From Octopus vulgaris (lineage: Eukaryota): 64,000 nt of DNA. Positions 16,055-30,855 of the stretch are shown here, one piece after another; position 1 is the first letter of the stretch; each line of letters begins with the position of its first letter. The position numbers and the translations under genes are program-made. The DNA lies in the NCBI GenBank assembly GCA_951406725.2, contig OX597831.1, forward strand, positions 31,186,001 to 31,250,000. The letters are read 5' to 3'. The notes beneath the pieces were generated by a model that did not search any database, was not told the DNA's origin, and saw only the letters and a program-made list of their open reading frames with translations.

Positions 16055-16392
16055 ATTAACAGATTCTATACATGGTCGTTGGCTCTGTTACAAATAGATG
16101 CCAAATTTTAATGAGACCACTCAACTTAAACATCTTGTAAAACAGTAAATGAATGATGTGGTTGTAGATTAACTGAGCCTGAAAAGGCAAGAAAAGATCA
16201 ACAAAGGCTGGAGGGATTTTGGCTCTAAATCTGCTCAATAAGTACTGATCTTGGAACTATCAACAGTAATTATCTTCCTAGAAGACATGGGAGATTCTGT
16301 AATACAAGGTGGTCGTGGTTGGAATGCCATTTACCTTGTATCTGTTCGATCGAAGCTAAAATGGAACTTAAACAACGACAACAACAGCAACA

Positions 16393-16950
16393 GTGGAGGT
16401 GCAATGACCTAGTGGTTAGGGCAGCGGACTCGCGGTCATAAGCACGCGGTTTCGATTCCCAGACCGGGCATTGTGAGTGTTTATTGAGCAAAAACACCTA
16501 AGGTCCTCGAGGCTCCGGCGGGGGGTAGTGGTGAACCCCGCTGTACTCTTTCACCACAACTTCCTCTCACTCTTTCTTCCTACTTCTGCCTCAAAGCAGA
16601 GGAACCATGGTGTAACCCACTATGGTGTGGTAAACTGTCAGATCCTAGTCTAGATTGCGAATCCTCTGTACCCCAGGATGGTTCAGCTCTCCACCCGTTA
16701 AAAGCCACCGTTTACGGAATGAGGATAACAACGTAGCTTTCGCGCCCGTGCAACCCCAGTCTATCGCGTGTGGTGGGTGGATCTTCAAGTTGCTACTAGC
16801 ATTCTTAGTAGCTTAGAGTAGGCTCGAATTAGAGATTATTCTTTGTAGCTAATGGCGTGAGTCCTGATTGGAAGAAGAAGAAGAAGAAGAAGAAGAAGAA
16901 GAAGAAGAAGAAGAAGAAGAAGAAGAAGAAGAAGAAGAAGAAGAAGAAGA
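16393..16950 (+). mobile_element. Family B SINE head and body, followed by an unrelated segment ending in (GAA)n
   Basis: 16393-16590 matches family B; 16590-16870 is unique sequence followed by (GAA)n. Confidence 0.7.
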
Positions 16951-18409
16951 CAACAGCAACAACGGTAGTGAGGGATAAGAAATGCTGATGATAAAAGTTC
17001 CCTTATTTTTTCTATTTGTTTTGATAAGAAAACGACCGTTGTTGCTAAATATTCGTATTACAAAAAAACAAACAAACAATAAGATGCAAAGACTCTGCGG
17101 CTACTAATAGCCAAGATAATAAAGAAAGTAAGCTGCTGAGAAGAAGCCATAAAGATGTTTAGATCTTGAATGATTTAAGCTAACAGATTACAACAAAGTA
17201 GCGACTAAGCAAATTATGGTAACAAAATAGTTTTGTTAATTTTAAGTAACGTTTAAATGCTTGAATGCCAAATACTGACAAAAAAACTATTGAAATAATT
17301 AACGACTCCTTTATTTACAAAATAAAAGCACTTTTTACTAGAAAAGAAAACTTATGAAGTAATGCGATGATTTGAGAGCAAACATAATTTCGTTAAGCTT
17401 TTGTTTGTCATTAGGAAAGAAATTATCACGATATCGCCTTTGTCAAAGATTGGAAAATTCAAAATTCACTGAGAGTATGGCGAGACCAGCACTTGTTAAG
17501 GGCTGTAAATAACATAGAAAATGTAAAAATGATAAGAAATTATGATAAAAGTACAATACAGATTATTTTAGTGCTGTTGTTGTAGCTGATACTGTTATTG
17601 TTGTTGCTGGTGTTGTTTAGCCGTAAGTCATCTTTGTTAAAACCTATGAAGAAAAATTTTGCAACGTTCACCACCCGTTTTGTATTGCTTTTATTTTCGG
17701 AATATTTTTAGAACATTATTAAATGTGTTCTTTTATGATGTCGTTTATGCCTGAAGCAACCCTGACAGAACTGAACAATCTTCAAATATCTTTCTATTGC
17801 GATCATCTGCCTTTGCAGACATGTTGATCTCGTCCTACAATAACTCTTTATTTATTTAAGATTTGGCTGTGATTTCTACCAGATAAAACAACTGTGCAGG
17901 GGTATCTCGGTTGGTTCACGAATCTCTTCTTTATATTCAAAATTAATACGCTACTATTTCTAGCAAGACAAACAACCCTATAGATGCTTCTTTGCTGGCT
18001 TCTGAAAAATTAGTTATTGCTGTTTATTGTGCATATCTATAATCAAAAGTATTCCAGCAGTGACTTTTCCACAATCATTTTCAGATATTACATATTTCAA
18101 ATTAAATTTCACATTGTGACGCCAGATCATAATCTGAGTGAGCCGTAGTTGTTAATTCGCGCGTTCTCATGCAAGCTCTTAGAGATTTCTTCCGTTATTC
18201 CAAATCTTGATATAACTGGGGGAAGAAGCCGAGAAGGAGGGAAATAAGAAAAAATAGAATTGGCATTTTCTGTAAATCATTTTGCCCCAAAGAACTTGAC
18301 AAAGAAAAAGAAGTTTTAAAATTGACATTCCTCAATAAAAGATAGATTGGAATATAAAACTGCTTTCTACAGTAAAAGTGTATTATAAGTGGGTATACCG
18401 TCTCTCAGC

Positions 18410-18736
18410 GAAGATACGTGGTTTAGTAGTCAGGGTATTCGGCTCACGAATAAACCACTAGGTCGTAGGTTCGATTCACAGCGGCGTGTTGCGTCCTTGA
18501 GCAAGACACTTCATTTCACATTGCTTCTGTTCACTCGGCTGGCATAAATGAGTAGTACCTGTGTTGCAAAAGCCAGCCTTGTCACATTCTGTATCACGCT
18601 GAATCTCACCGAGAACAACATTGAGGGTACACGTGTTTCTGGGGGCATCAGCAACTTGCACTTTAATTTCGCAGGCAGGCTGTTCCGTTGATCGGATCAA
18701 CTTCTTCACTCATCGTCATAACCGACGGAGTACCGT
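18410..18736 (+). mobile_element. tRNA-derived SINE sharing the family B 3' tail
   Basis: B box GGTTCGATTC; GTCCTTGAGCAAGACACT body; tail GGGTACACGTGT..GGCTGTTCCGTTGATCGGATCAAC..CCGACGGAGTAC. Confidence 0.8.
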
Positions 18737-19440
18737 TTATTATTTTATCTACTCAAGGCATTGCAGCCAGCCCCACTATGCCGTATCTTGAACAGATTTC
18801 TTCTACAACAATTTCGATTTGTGAATGATATTTAGTGGAGAGAAATAGTGTCGAAGGCCGCCGAAGCATACAGTTCTACTTCTTCGGTAGTAGACGAAAT
18901 CTACCACTCAGTTAAACATCACCACATACCTGGCTCTGATGTGACATTAGAAGACTATTCTCTGTCTTAAGCATTTGGACCGAATCACCCGTTTGGATTC
19001 ACACAACTCCTACCGCATACTCGTTTCAGGAACACTGAAGAGAACCAAAGATGCTGTGTTTCTTCTTCTGACTCAGAATCAGCTAAAGACATATGTATAT
19101 GTTTTATCTGCTGAAGATAAGGTAAACGGATAGTTGTGTTGATGACGGCTGTTGAGGCAGAAATGCGCATAACAGCTGTCCTCTTCCATTCAGACAATCA
19201 AATTGTGCTTTTTCCCTTAATGTCATTTTAGTATTGGAAAATTCTTGGTTCTTGAGATTATTTCCTTTTCTCATTTGGAGTCGGTCCTAATTGCCAATAA
19301 TCCACACTATCAAGAAGTGAAGATAATTTCAATAAAATAATAAATCAAGAATTTATCTCGTATCTGATTTGATATGACATTACTTGTCTATGTTGTTCAA
19401 ATACATGCCATCGGCATTTCTGAGTTATTTCTCTTAATTC

Positions 19441-19523
<83 letters not shown>

Positions 19524-19551
19524 CGTGTGTATGTATATATATGTGTATATG

Positions 19552-19586
<35 letters not shown>

Positions 19587-20516
19587 TAACATATCGTTGT
19601 GTGTGTATGTATGCATGCATGCATGTATGTATGTATGTATGTATGTATGTATGTATGTATGTATGTATGTATATGAGTAGCCTCGAAGTTTCGCCAATGC
19701 TGATTTCTCAAACTGTAATTGAAAAAAAAAGCTAAAATTTCGCCTTATAAATAGATGTGGAACAATGTGAGAAGTGAATTATGAGTAACAAGCGGTGTAG
19801 AGTATTCCACTAAAGACAAAAATAGTAAAATAGAAATAGCCAAGAGGTGGCTGAAATCAATATCTGACATCCGGGAAGAAAAAAAATGTAGAGAATCTAA
19901 ATATAGAGTTACCAATATATCTATAATGTCATGTGTAGATGTGTAAATGTGCAAATCTACGTAGATACCTAGTATAGGCCTGATGAATTATTTTGACGTT
20001 AGGAAAATATACGAAAAGACACAATTAGCAAAGACTTATTACATTCTGTTACTCCTAAAATTAAGCACCAATAACTGTTAACTCTTTGAAATAAAACTAG
20101 TTCAGATATCTAATGATTCAACTGTGTCCAAGATGAAAATGGTTTCCACTTGTTCGCAGTTTGATACTAAGGAATGTTATTGTACGATAATGAAGCTGAT
20201 TCTCAGAGCAGCTCTTTCCTCAACTTTGCAAAGATCATTACTTCAATCGAAAATAGTGACATTAATATATTATACGAATGAAAAACCATGTACTTTCTAT
20301 GGTAATTCCATATGTTTCAAAAAGTAAAATTCAGTGTCCTTTCGATGTGAGCATGGGAGCGAAAGCTTCTGCTGAAGTTTGTAACTTTGCTGGATTTCAT
20401 ATTTAAAATACTATATACTTCTAAACATTCTCTCTGTTTCCGGTAAATTGTATAGAGTTTGTTATCATGAAGTCACGCAGCCCATGTGGATTCAAAAAGG
20501 ACCTACGTAGCTTCAT

Positions 20517-20547
<31 letters not shown>

Positions 20548-21640
20548 TTGATAATTGTCGATACTGACACAAAGAGTTAGCTCCCATGACATCGGTATGC
20601 GGAATATACAAAGATCTTGATGAAGCGCTGTGTCGTTACTATTCTAAAACTAGTAACCATTCTAAAACTATTGGCATGCCGGATAAAATGCTTCATATGG
20701 CTTTTAGTTTTGAGTTCAAATTCTACCGAGGTCTACTATACATTTCATCCTTATGAGGTCTATAAAATAAGTACCACATGAGCACTAAGATAATATAATC
20801 GACTAGCTCCCTCACACCAATTTTCAAGCGTTGTGCTTATAATAGAAAGAAAATAATATAGTTAGAAACATTTACTCGGGGCTATCTACCTATCATATAA
20901 TGAATATTACAACAGAGCATTAACTAGAAGTGAATATACTGATTATGCGAATATCCCTAATATAGACTTAATAAGCAGAAGAAGAATACCCTTACAACCT
21001 TAAATACTTATTACTTTAAACATTACTCATTACTTAACTACGTTATAATTTCTTAAATTTAGAATTATTCCCCCTAGATTAATATATATACTTTTCACTA
21101 CTTTATCTGTTAAATCTCAATTATTTTAGCCCTACTTGATTCATTTTTATATAATTATACACCCTGCGTTTTAGTTCCATTATTATTATCGCAATTTTTT
21201 TTTTTTTTTTTTTTTTTGGTTTCGTATATAAATTGGAAATTTTTATACTTTACTTGAGGTTTTGATTTTATTATGTTATTTTGTGTTCATTTAATCTAGT
21301 TTTTATTTTTGTGCATCCTTTAGCAATTTTTAGGCTTCTGTTTGCATCAGTGGTTTATTTTTATTCTTAAATTAATACACATGTATCTATATTAATTCAT
21401 ATATTTTTGTCTTCAGCTATTTCCGTGTAATTGCTTGTGTGTGTTGTAGGTGTAGCGTGTATGTGCATGTATGTATGTGCGTCTTGCGTGTGTGTATGTA
21501 TATAGATGTCTATATACATACATGTAGAAATGTGTTTGTATCTATCTATCTGTATATGTGTGTGGTTGTGGTGTGCGTGGAGAGAGAGATACATATACAT
21601 ATTTATATAATATATATCCATGTACATAATATATAAAAAT

Positions 21641-21671
<31 letters not shown>

Positions 21672-22822
21672 GGCATACATGTATTTACTCACCTGTGTAT
21701 TAATATATATGTTTGAGTATTAAATATTATAGATACTTGGATAAGTATTCTTATGTAAATTTACATAGTTGCTTTTTATAATAAAGATATCCTATATATA
21801 ATCATTTGTCTATATTTATTTATTTATTCGTTCACTGATTTTGTATTTTATCTTTTTTACATTCATATTGTCTCATCTTTTTTGTACTGCATATCATTTT
21901 TACAGATATTATATCTGGTTTGTATGAGATTGTAGTTTCTCAGTTACTCTATCGTGTATCTACTACCACATTATATGTACCCATTTGTATTTTCTTTATA
22001 TTTTATACCCAAAAATAATTGTGTTCTTTTTCGTATTCAACGTCTCTATTATCTTACAGAACTTTTCCTCAAACCCAAATCTTTATCCCACGCCAGTATT
22101 ACGGTGTTGGATCACTATACTTATATCACAACATGTGTAATTTAATACTGTTGCTGTTTTTATTTCAATGCAACATATTTTTGTCCATTATATTCTTATT
22201 TCTTACTTATATACAACTAGTATCTTTCGTATTTTTTACACATCTAAATAGTTATAGATATGATCATGCTGGTTAGATTTTGAGATCTACAACGCCTACA
22301 AAACTCATAAATAAACCCGTAGCTAAACTTACGAGTTTAAGCCAAAAACATTGTGTATTCTCTTCTAAACTTTGGTGAGAATATTTTGTACGATTTTATA
22401 ATAACTATTTCAGAGTATTCGTACAGAAAATCTTACTAGATATTTTTGTAAGACGCTTTAATTTTTAGAAAAACCATATTTATATTCAAATCAAAATGCC
22501 GTGGTTGAATATGTTAACCTTTTATCAAATATAATTGACAGTTCAAACTAAAACATTTTCCTTACAGGAATATTAATTTCGTCAAGACTAACAGATTTTG
22601 ACAGTACAAATTTCCGGTTACATATATTATATAAACGTTATTTTCCATAGTGTAAGATTCCTTAATGTTTCATCTCATTTATCAATTTTTGGTTTGTATA
22701 TATATACCAGAATGATTGTTTCACTTTATATTTTCTTCTCTGGATTAACCTCATCCTAGTTATACGGAAGGTAATTCTCTCTCTTTCTCCCTCTCTCTTT
22801 TTGTACCTCTTTCTCTCTGTCT

Positions 22823-22881
<59 letters not shown>

Positions 22882-23849
22882 AAGTCAATTCATAGCTGAG
22901 TAAGACCACTTTCTAAACTCAGTAAGTTTGTGCAAACGTACTGAAAATCCAAGAGTTCCCTTTGTGTGTGAATTTTTTTTTGAGAGGATAAAGTGTTGGA
23001 CAGCACTGAGCCAACTTTTCTGCACAATCACCTACAAAACCAGTGGTACACCAGCGGTTGAAACGACCAGAAATCAACAGTACTTCAGATATTTTTTATA
23101 CGTGTTTACCTTCGCCTAGGAGGAGATTCTCACGAGAACTAAGGGTTCTTCATTCCTGGTGGTTCACTTGCTAGTTACGCTTTTAACATTGATACCACTC
23201 CGATAGCTAGGATCCTAACAAGTGTGACTACAGGGTAGATCTAGGAACAAGAGCTTAAAAGGTTGTTCCACACTTCTCAAAAGCATGGAACTCTCGAACC
23301 AGAACCCCACAACCGGATGCAGTTCATGTATGTATGTACGTATATTTATAAGTATGTATGTATGTATGTATGTATGTATGTATGTATGTATGTATGTATT
23401 TCAAGGGTTGAATAGAAAAAAACACAACAAAGGGAAAATTTGACGAAAACAACAAATTAGGCAAAAACATAGTACACAGAAAATTCGCAGCTGATTCCTC
23501 ACCAGTCAATGTCCAAGACAGTCTAGTAGTTTCACGCTTTTAACACTGATACCACTCCGTCTTGGCAGCGCCAGAACAGGAAATTTCTGGGGATAGCTAA
23601 CGAATGTATACAAGGACAAAAACAAACAAGACAAGCTAAAAGGATTCAACAATTGTACGTATATAACAAAAAAATAATATGATAATAATACAAATACAAC
23701 ATAAAAGGAATAATTATACATATACAACAGAAAAAAACTTTCTGCTTCCGAATGTAATGGTTGCGTTGATCGATAGCTGTACGCATACACACATACACTT
23801 ACTTACGTAAGTGTCCCACCTTCAGATTCATGTAGCAATATGCTTTATA

Positions 23850-24950
23850 CAGTAACTCTAAAAACTGTATTTTGAAGTCGTTGAATAGTTTAGACCCATA
23901 TTGCGGACGTCTTGTTCATTGCTGAGCGTATCAATTCAATTATCATCTCCCTTTCTCTCTTTAAGCTTTTTTATCCATGACCCAAGGTTTTAAAGTCAGT
24001 TATACATCTCGGTTCTACATATTATGATGATATCACATGTTTTGTTGGTTAACTCTGAACCATTAACTCAGTCCTTTTATTGTTGAAATGTAACTCTAGG
24101 TGCTTTCCTGCTTTCTCATTTCATTGAAGTAGTAGGTGAGCTTCCTCAATAATATTAGAAGTGAGAGTAATGGGTTTTGCATATGTGTCATTGATAACAG
24201 TTGCAGAATGACGTCTACTTTTCAAAGAAGCCACAATGAATAGGATAAGTGCTAGAAAGTTACCTTGCAGTACTTCTGTCATGTTCTCAAAGAAAACTGT
24301 ATCACAATCAAGTGATAAAACCTGAATGGTTGTACTATTGTATTGGATGTTGATGCAGCTGCAATATTGCCTGGAATACAATATTCTTGGAGAATCTATA
24401 TCTATTTGGCTAGGTGGATTAAGTCGAATGCTTCGCTAAAATCTATAAATGATAAAACAGCATTTACGTTCTTATCTGTAATGCCTTCTTAAGTCTTGGC
24501 ATTACAAGAATATGCGATAATGTTGGTCCTTCTGAAACAAAGCAATTTTGTTCGATTGTTAATAATGGTGCATTCTTAAAGCAACATTTTGTTTAGAATT
24601 TTTACAGCAATAACTGATAAATTAATGTCTTGTTTTGTTTAGCTTATCGAAAATTCTCTCTCTTTGGGGTTTGTACTGGGCCATTTTGACCCAAAAAGCA
24701 GCATTGTTTTGCTATAATGTTTTATTACACACTTTAATAACCGATCCAAGAGTGCCCCTGTTTTCCATACATCCATTAGTATTGTGTCGAGATGTGTTGC
24801 CTTGGAATCTGAAAAAAAAATTGATACAGTTCTTTATTTCTTTCGTAATTTTAGAAGCCCCCTGAAACATTTTGCATTGAGGCCCCATCTCTTCAATCAA
24901 AATTCATAATCTATGCACCTTTTATTCATAGCAATATGAAGTTCAATATT
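23850..24950 (-). mobile_element. Decayed RTE-like LINE, RT region
   Basis: Manual translation gives EGITDKNVNAVLSFIDFSEAFDLIH and DTVFFENMTEVLQGNFLALILFIVA (RT motifs), with stops and frameshifts. Confidence 0.75.
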
Positions 24951-25562
24951 TCACTTTATCTTAAAGAACATCTTTAAAAGTACAAGTTAAATATATTTTG
25001 GCTGGAATTATCGTATTATTTCAGGTTTAGGAAGGCCAATATCTAATAGAGTTAAATAGTTATTCAATGAACTCACATATATCAGAAGACAAGCATTTCA
25101 AAATAACAACTGTGAAGTATAGTTGTCTCAGCTTTTGTATGAAAAGAAGTTTATTCAAGAACATTAAAATACCAAAAAATTTTCAGTCCAGAACAAAAGC
25201 AAACTATTTCAAATTATATATTTTTGAAAAATAGACGTGGATGTTCTCGAATACTTGATAACAGTCACAAAGCCTTTTTTTTTAATTCAATATTTCACTG
25301 TTAGCTGTTGCAATATTTACGATTAGATAGATAATACTACAATTCAAACAGTTAAGTCAAAATACCAAAGATGCAAAATATGAAAAATTTCTTACCTTTC
25401 TCTTACCTTTCAAGGAAAAATTGTACCTTGCAAAATAAAATACCTCGATCGACGAATTGAGAAATTTGGTGACTGTGACAACGCAGTATCTGTATCCCTA
25501 TATATGTACATAGATCGACACATACATACACACACACAAACTATTAATATATATATATATAT

Positions 25563-25609
<47 letters not shown>

Positions 25610-25621
25610 GTTATTATTATA

Positions 25622-25653
<32 letters not shown>

Positions 25654-25710
25654 CATTATTATCATTATTATTATTATTTCTAAATCTCTCTAAAGGAGAG
25701 ATATCTCTAA

Positions 25711-25765
<55 letters not shown>

Positions 25766-26292
25766 TCTCTCACACACTTTCTTTCTCTGAGCTGGCTAAA
25801 GCCTTGCGAATGGACTTGGTAGACGGAAACAGATAAAAGTCAGTCGTATATATCTGTATGTATGAATGTGTGTAAGTATGCCTGTGTGTATGGATGTATG
25901 TATGCTTAAGTATACAACCCCCACCTTTCACCTCCATTGCTTCTTTTTCTTGTCTTTTCTATTGAAGTTGTTCTTATTTTCATTGTTTTTGGATTTCTTT
26001 CGCTTTCCTTTTATCTCCCCAAGGAATTCGTTGACAAGCTTTTTTCATTTACTTTTCTCGTTTCTTTTAAATTTATTTACAGTACACCCTCGTATTTTTT
26101 GCTCGTTAAGCTTGAAGTTTTCAGTTAACATCTTAACCAAAGTCAATAGATGGCTCATCTATGTACTTTGATCTTAACATGGGGCCTCTCAACCGCGGAG
26201 GCTCCCTACGACCGCAGGGGCTTAGCGATGGCCCTGATCATTTCGTAGCTCTTTTGAGTTAATTTTAGATGTAGCTCCGTGTACTTCTACCT

Positions 26293-26519
26293 ATTTCTTT
26301 ATTTCCCACAAGGGGCTAAACACGGAGAGGACAAACAAGGACAGACATAGGTATTAAGTCGATTACACCGACCCCAGTGCGTAACTGGTACTTAATTTAT
26401 CGACCCCGAAAGGATGAAAGGCAAAGTCGACCTCGGCGGAATTTGAACTCAGAACGTAGCGGCAGACGAAATACCGCTCAGCATTTCGCCCGGCGCACTA
26501 ACGTTTCTGCCAGCTCGCC
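26293..26519 (-). mobile_element. tRNA-derived SINE, family C (CORE-like central domain), with TSD
   Basis: GGCGAGCTGGCAGAA..GAGTTCAAATTCC..GCCTTTCATCCTTTCGGGGTCGATAAA. Direct repeat CCGTGTACTTCTACCT at 26277-26292 and 26518-26533. Confidence 0.9.
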
Positions 26520-26539
26520 GTGTACTTCTACCTGTTCTC

Positions 26540-27240
26540 TCTTCATAATTTATCATTTTACATTCCCATGACATACTATTTTTTCCTACGCTTGGAATAT
26601 CTGCTTCTGCTGCATTTTCATTAGAATTTATGATGTTATTGTTAATGGAATTCGTAATTTTGACATCAACTAAAAGCTGAAATACTTCGAATCGATTTTC
26701 GACATCAGCTGCTTATGAATTTCTCGCAGCTTCTTGCAGTTTCGACATATTCAATTTTTACTTAAGTTCTTATTTACTCTCTATTGCAGCCTAAATTTTC
26801 CCATCACAATTCGATTGTGAGAATTGACAGTAAAATAGGTAGTTAAAGCTTTACATTCATAACACTATTTTCCCATTTTTAATTGACAAGATTGGGATCC
26901 AGTTGTGCCATAGTGTTAGATGAGGATGACAGCATCCACAGCTAATCTTTTCTCTTTGTGCATTGTTAATTCAAATTAATCACATTCCTTTTGAAAGTCA
27001 CAGAAATATTTGCAATTTGATTGGTAAATTGATGAAAGATTTGCACCTTTTAGCCCAATTTTCGCATTCATATCACGGCCAATAATTTTCATGCTGTTTG
27101 AGAACTGCTTAAGTAACAATGGTGAAATTGTGAGAAAATAGAATCCCGTATTCCTTTGTTATATTCATGGAACAAGAGCATGTGTTCATTGTTGCACTTG
27201 GATTTTCATGAAATGAAGCACTCATAATATGTGAAGTGTT
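26540..27240 (-). mobile_element. Decayed LINE AP-endonuclease region, probably the same RTE-like element
   Basis: IIGRDMNAKIG (GDFNA-like motif) and HRIVMGKFRL; same strand, upstream of the RT fragment. Confidence 0.55.
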
Positions 27241-27351
27241 AGTTTCAACTGAATGATGTATGTATATGTGTATGTATGTATGTATGTATGTATGTATATA
27301 TGTATGTATGTATGTATGTAGGTAATATATGTATGTATGTATGTATGTATG

Positions 27352-27903
27352 TCAGGTCACTTTCGAGTGCTACTGGTAATATGTAACCCAGTACAACCTG
27401 TTTCATAGTCGGATCGTCGGCGACTAAACCAGCAACCCCACCAAACTTGCTTGGTGAGGAGGGTGTTTATTGGACACCCAGCGGGATGAAAAACAAAACA
27501 CGTCAAAGGGCGGAGGAACTCTTGAGAGTCAACGGCCATCCAATAAATGTCTTAAAGCTGTATCATGCGCGGGGACATAGAAATAATCGGACTGAATACC
27601 CGATCGCGCGGTTAAACCATTGGGAGTGAAGGACTCCTAGCCTTTGTTAGGGCATCCTTCTAGGAGAAGGTAACTCAGGTAACTGGGATAACTCCGACAT
27701 AAAACCTGCGGCTCAGTGGTTACCGATGATGTTGACTTGTTCTTCTTTTCGGATTATGGCTGCTGTTGCTTAGTGAGTGGGATTGACTCAGTGCATAGCC
27801 TTTCCTCACTTAAAAAAAAATCTTTTTGCACAGGCTTTGCACGATAACAAAATTGATTAAGCTTCGTGCAGTGACCATACTCGATAACGAGGGGGAAGCC
27901 ACC
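27352..27903 (+). mobile_element. Non-coding element in (TATG)n, possibly RTE-derived
   Basis: (TATG)n on both sides. GGCATCCTTCTAGGAGAAGGTAACTC resembles an RTE 5'UTR motif as I recall it (unverified). Confidence 0.45.
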
Positions 27904-27936
<33 letters not shown>

Positions 27937-28677
27937 TGTATGTATGTATGAATGTATGTATATATGCATGCATGTATGTATGTATGTATGCATGCATGTA
28001 TGTATGCAAGCATGCATGTATGTAGGTATGTATGATGTATGTGCTGGATATTTGTGAACATAATAGTGGGCGATAAATGGACAATCAAATGTAAAGTTAC
28101 TCGACATCCCAGCTTCATGAACGACACCGATCCTTCGCGCTCAGTTTCGTGAAAGTGCTAGTGGCTTCTGGTAGAGATATTCCATTCGTGACAAAGAGAA
28201 AAGAAATGTCTCCTATGGTCAAGTGTCCTCGGGATTGCAGAGTGGTCCACTATGTACGAGACAGCATCAACAAAAACCGTGTGGGATCGATGGGGATCAG
28301 TACTGTACAGCTCAAGTTGGTGTATTTAGTATACCTGAAGTGGAGAGGAGAGTGAGCCATATTCGGCAAGGCCTGGGAGAAGCGTGTGATCATGTGACAC
28401 CCGACATCATTTGAATCTTAGGTATCTTGATTCGATTACATTGAGTTACTGCATCCGGAGTGTCATCGGGTGAAGGGCCGGTCAGTGGCTCCACGATGCC
28501 AAAAGCTATTTGGGGGATACTGTCATGGGTGTTGCATGCGGAGCATTTAGTTCTTGTATGCAAGTCGGCTTCATGTGTGGCCACATCTTGACCAGTCGTT
28601 TTGAGAGAGGCATTTTCTTTGATGTAGAAAATGTCATTTTTAGGAGAATGTGTTGGTTTTATTTTGTCCGTTACTAA

Positions 28678-29090
28678 GACGGTGAGCTGGTAGAATCGTT
28701 AGCACGTCGGACAAAAATTCTTAATGGCATTTCTTCCGGCTTTTTGCATTCTGAGTTCCAGTTCCACCGAGAACCACTTTGCCGTCCGTCTTTTTCAGAG
28801 ACGATAAAACAAGTTCCGACTGGGGTCGATGTAATCGACAATACCCTCGCACAAAATTTCAGGCCTTTTGGCTATATCAAAGAAGCATTATTTTGTCCAC
28901 TACTTAGGCGGTGAACGAGCAGAGTCGTTAGCGTGTCGAACAAAATTCTTAACGGCATTTGTTCCTGATTTTTACTCTGTTAGTTCAAATTCTCAGAGTT
29001 CAACCTTGACTTCATCCTTCCAGAATCGATAAAATATGTGCTAGAGTCGATGTAACAATTTCTAGCACTGCCTAAATTTAAAACCATTAT
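28678..29090 (+). mobile_element. Two tandem decayed family C SINEs
   Basis: Heads GGTGAGCTGGTAGAATCGTTAGC (28681) and GGTGAACGAGCAGAGTCGTTAGC (28910). Confidence 0.75.
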
Positions 29091-29328
29091 TTTCAGGTTA
29101 TTGTATTACCTTGTGGCTGGTTTTGTTCTTTGTTAAACAAGAACATTTGCATATAACATTTAATATGGTTAGTTTCTCAAAAGGTTGTAGTATATCCAAC
29201 CGTTTATATCTTTAAGAAAATTCTGTATAAAATTTGATGTGCATAACCCCCTTCTGTATCATAATACCGTAAACACAAATTTTCACTGATATCGATAGAA
29301 TTCCAATCAAAATTAGCTTTGTAGCACA

Positions 29329-29418
<90 letters not shown>

Positions 29419-30707
29419 CATTATTTTGTCCAATACTAAAACGGATAACTGGCAGAATAATTAGCGTGCCAGACAATACTTAACAGCATTTTCCTGGCTA
29501 TATACGTTCTGAGTCCCAATTCTGATAAAAAGCTTTGCTTTTCATTCTTTCAGGTTCGATAACATGGCATTGGTGACCCAATCGAAAATGACAATGAACT
29601 TCATACCATGAACTCTCAGGGAGTATCGTAAGGAGATTCAATTTCTGAAGGCTCGCTTAAGTAAGGCCCCACTGACCCCTATTTTTAATGCATTTACCTC
29701 ACTCCTACGCTTATTAATTAAACTGTGATCAGCATCCGTGTTTAGCACATTTGCATAATTAAGTTTTGGCATTCTAAATATCATCACGTACATTCAAGTC
29801 GAGATAAAGAGTTATAACAGGTACGTTTCAAGTGTGGTAATGTGGATATTCATATTTTGTAGTTTATGAAACTTATGTCTAGGTGGAAAACTAATTTTCT
29901 TGTTCCGGTTACAATATCCTCCTAAAGATTTGTAATTATAGATACAATGAGATTGAGATGAAATGGATCCTATTCATTTTATCTCAATCTCATTTTAATA
30001 TTTTTTCGGAAATGGCGAAGTAATGGGAAAATTATGATTGGCATGACAGTCATACATTTCACTTGCTTAGTACGAATGAAAGTTCAAGTCTAAAAATATG
30101 AAGTGAATTAATAACTACAGTGAGAATAAAATTAAAAAAAGTAAATAAAGGAACATGGATCCCGAAAGCCTCAAACGCGCCCTCCGCATGAGCTAGCCTG
30201 AATGCCGCTCGAAAGGCGGCTTCGAGGCTAGTACATATATATATATATAACAATATATATATATATATGCTCAATATGTCAGACAGCGAGATCGAACCCG
30301 AATTCATGAGCTTTGGAAGCAAACTTCTTCCCATGCAGCCAAACGTGAGCTTACTTACAAAATAAATTTTTACTCTACCTTACATATATCCTCGCTGTTT
30401 TTTAAATAATAAAACTCCCAGCTATTTCCCTTATATCTGTATATAAACGGTGCGTGACTGTGTGTATGAGTGTGAGTGGGAGAGTGTGTGAGTGTGGGTG
30501 TTCGTACAGAGCGATAAGATAGAGTGGAGTGTAATTAACAAGAAGGGAATGGAAGTAATTTATCTGCGCAGACATGTTCATTGATTTAAGAAAGTCTGCC
30601 GCACAACAATGGCGTCCGGATTGCCGTAATGATTGCCGTCTCTTTCAAATTAGCGAAGATTAATTTTTCAGAATAATTACAGTTGTAACGATGTCTTAAC
30701 CGACATG

Positions 30708-30769
<62 letters not shown>

Positions 30770-30781
30770 TATGTATGTATA

Positions 30782-30823
<42 letters not shown>

Positions 30824-30855
30824 TTATATATACATAAGTGTGTATATATATATAT

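Noticed and set aside
19133-19183. GTTGTG TTGATGA..GAAATGCG CATAAC hammerhead-like motif
   Set aside because: Stem I pairs, but there is no UH cleavage site and stem II is poor; at best a dead relic.
19975-20030. CTGATGA..CGAAA motif
   Set aside because: No helix III or stem I partner found.
23490-23545. GAAAC..CTGGTGA on the minus strand (type II hammerhead-like)
   Set aside because: Core mismatch and wrong spacing.
28050-28640. GC-richer segment with CxxC in a short ORF
   Set aside because: No recognisable domain; probably a decayed transposon, unassignable.
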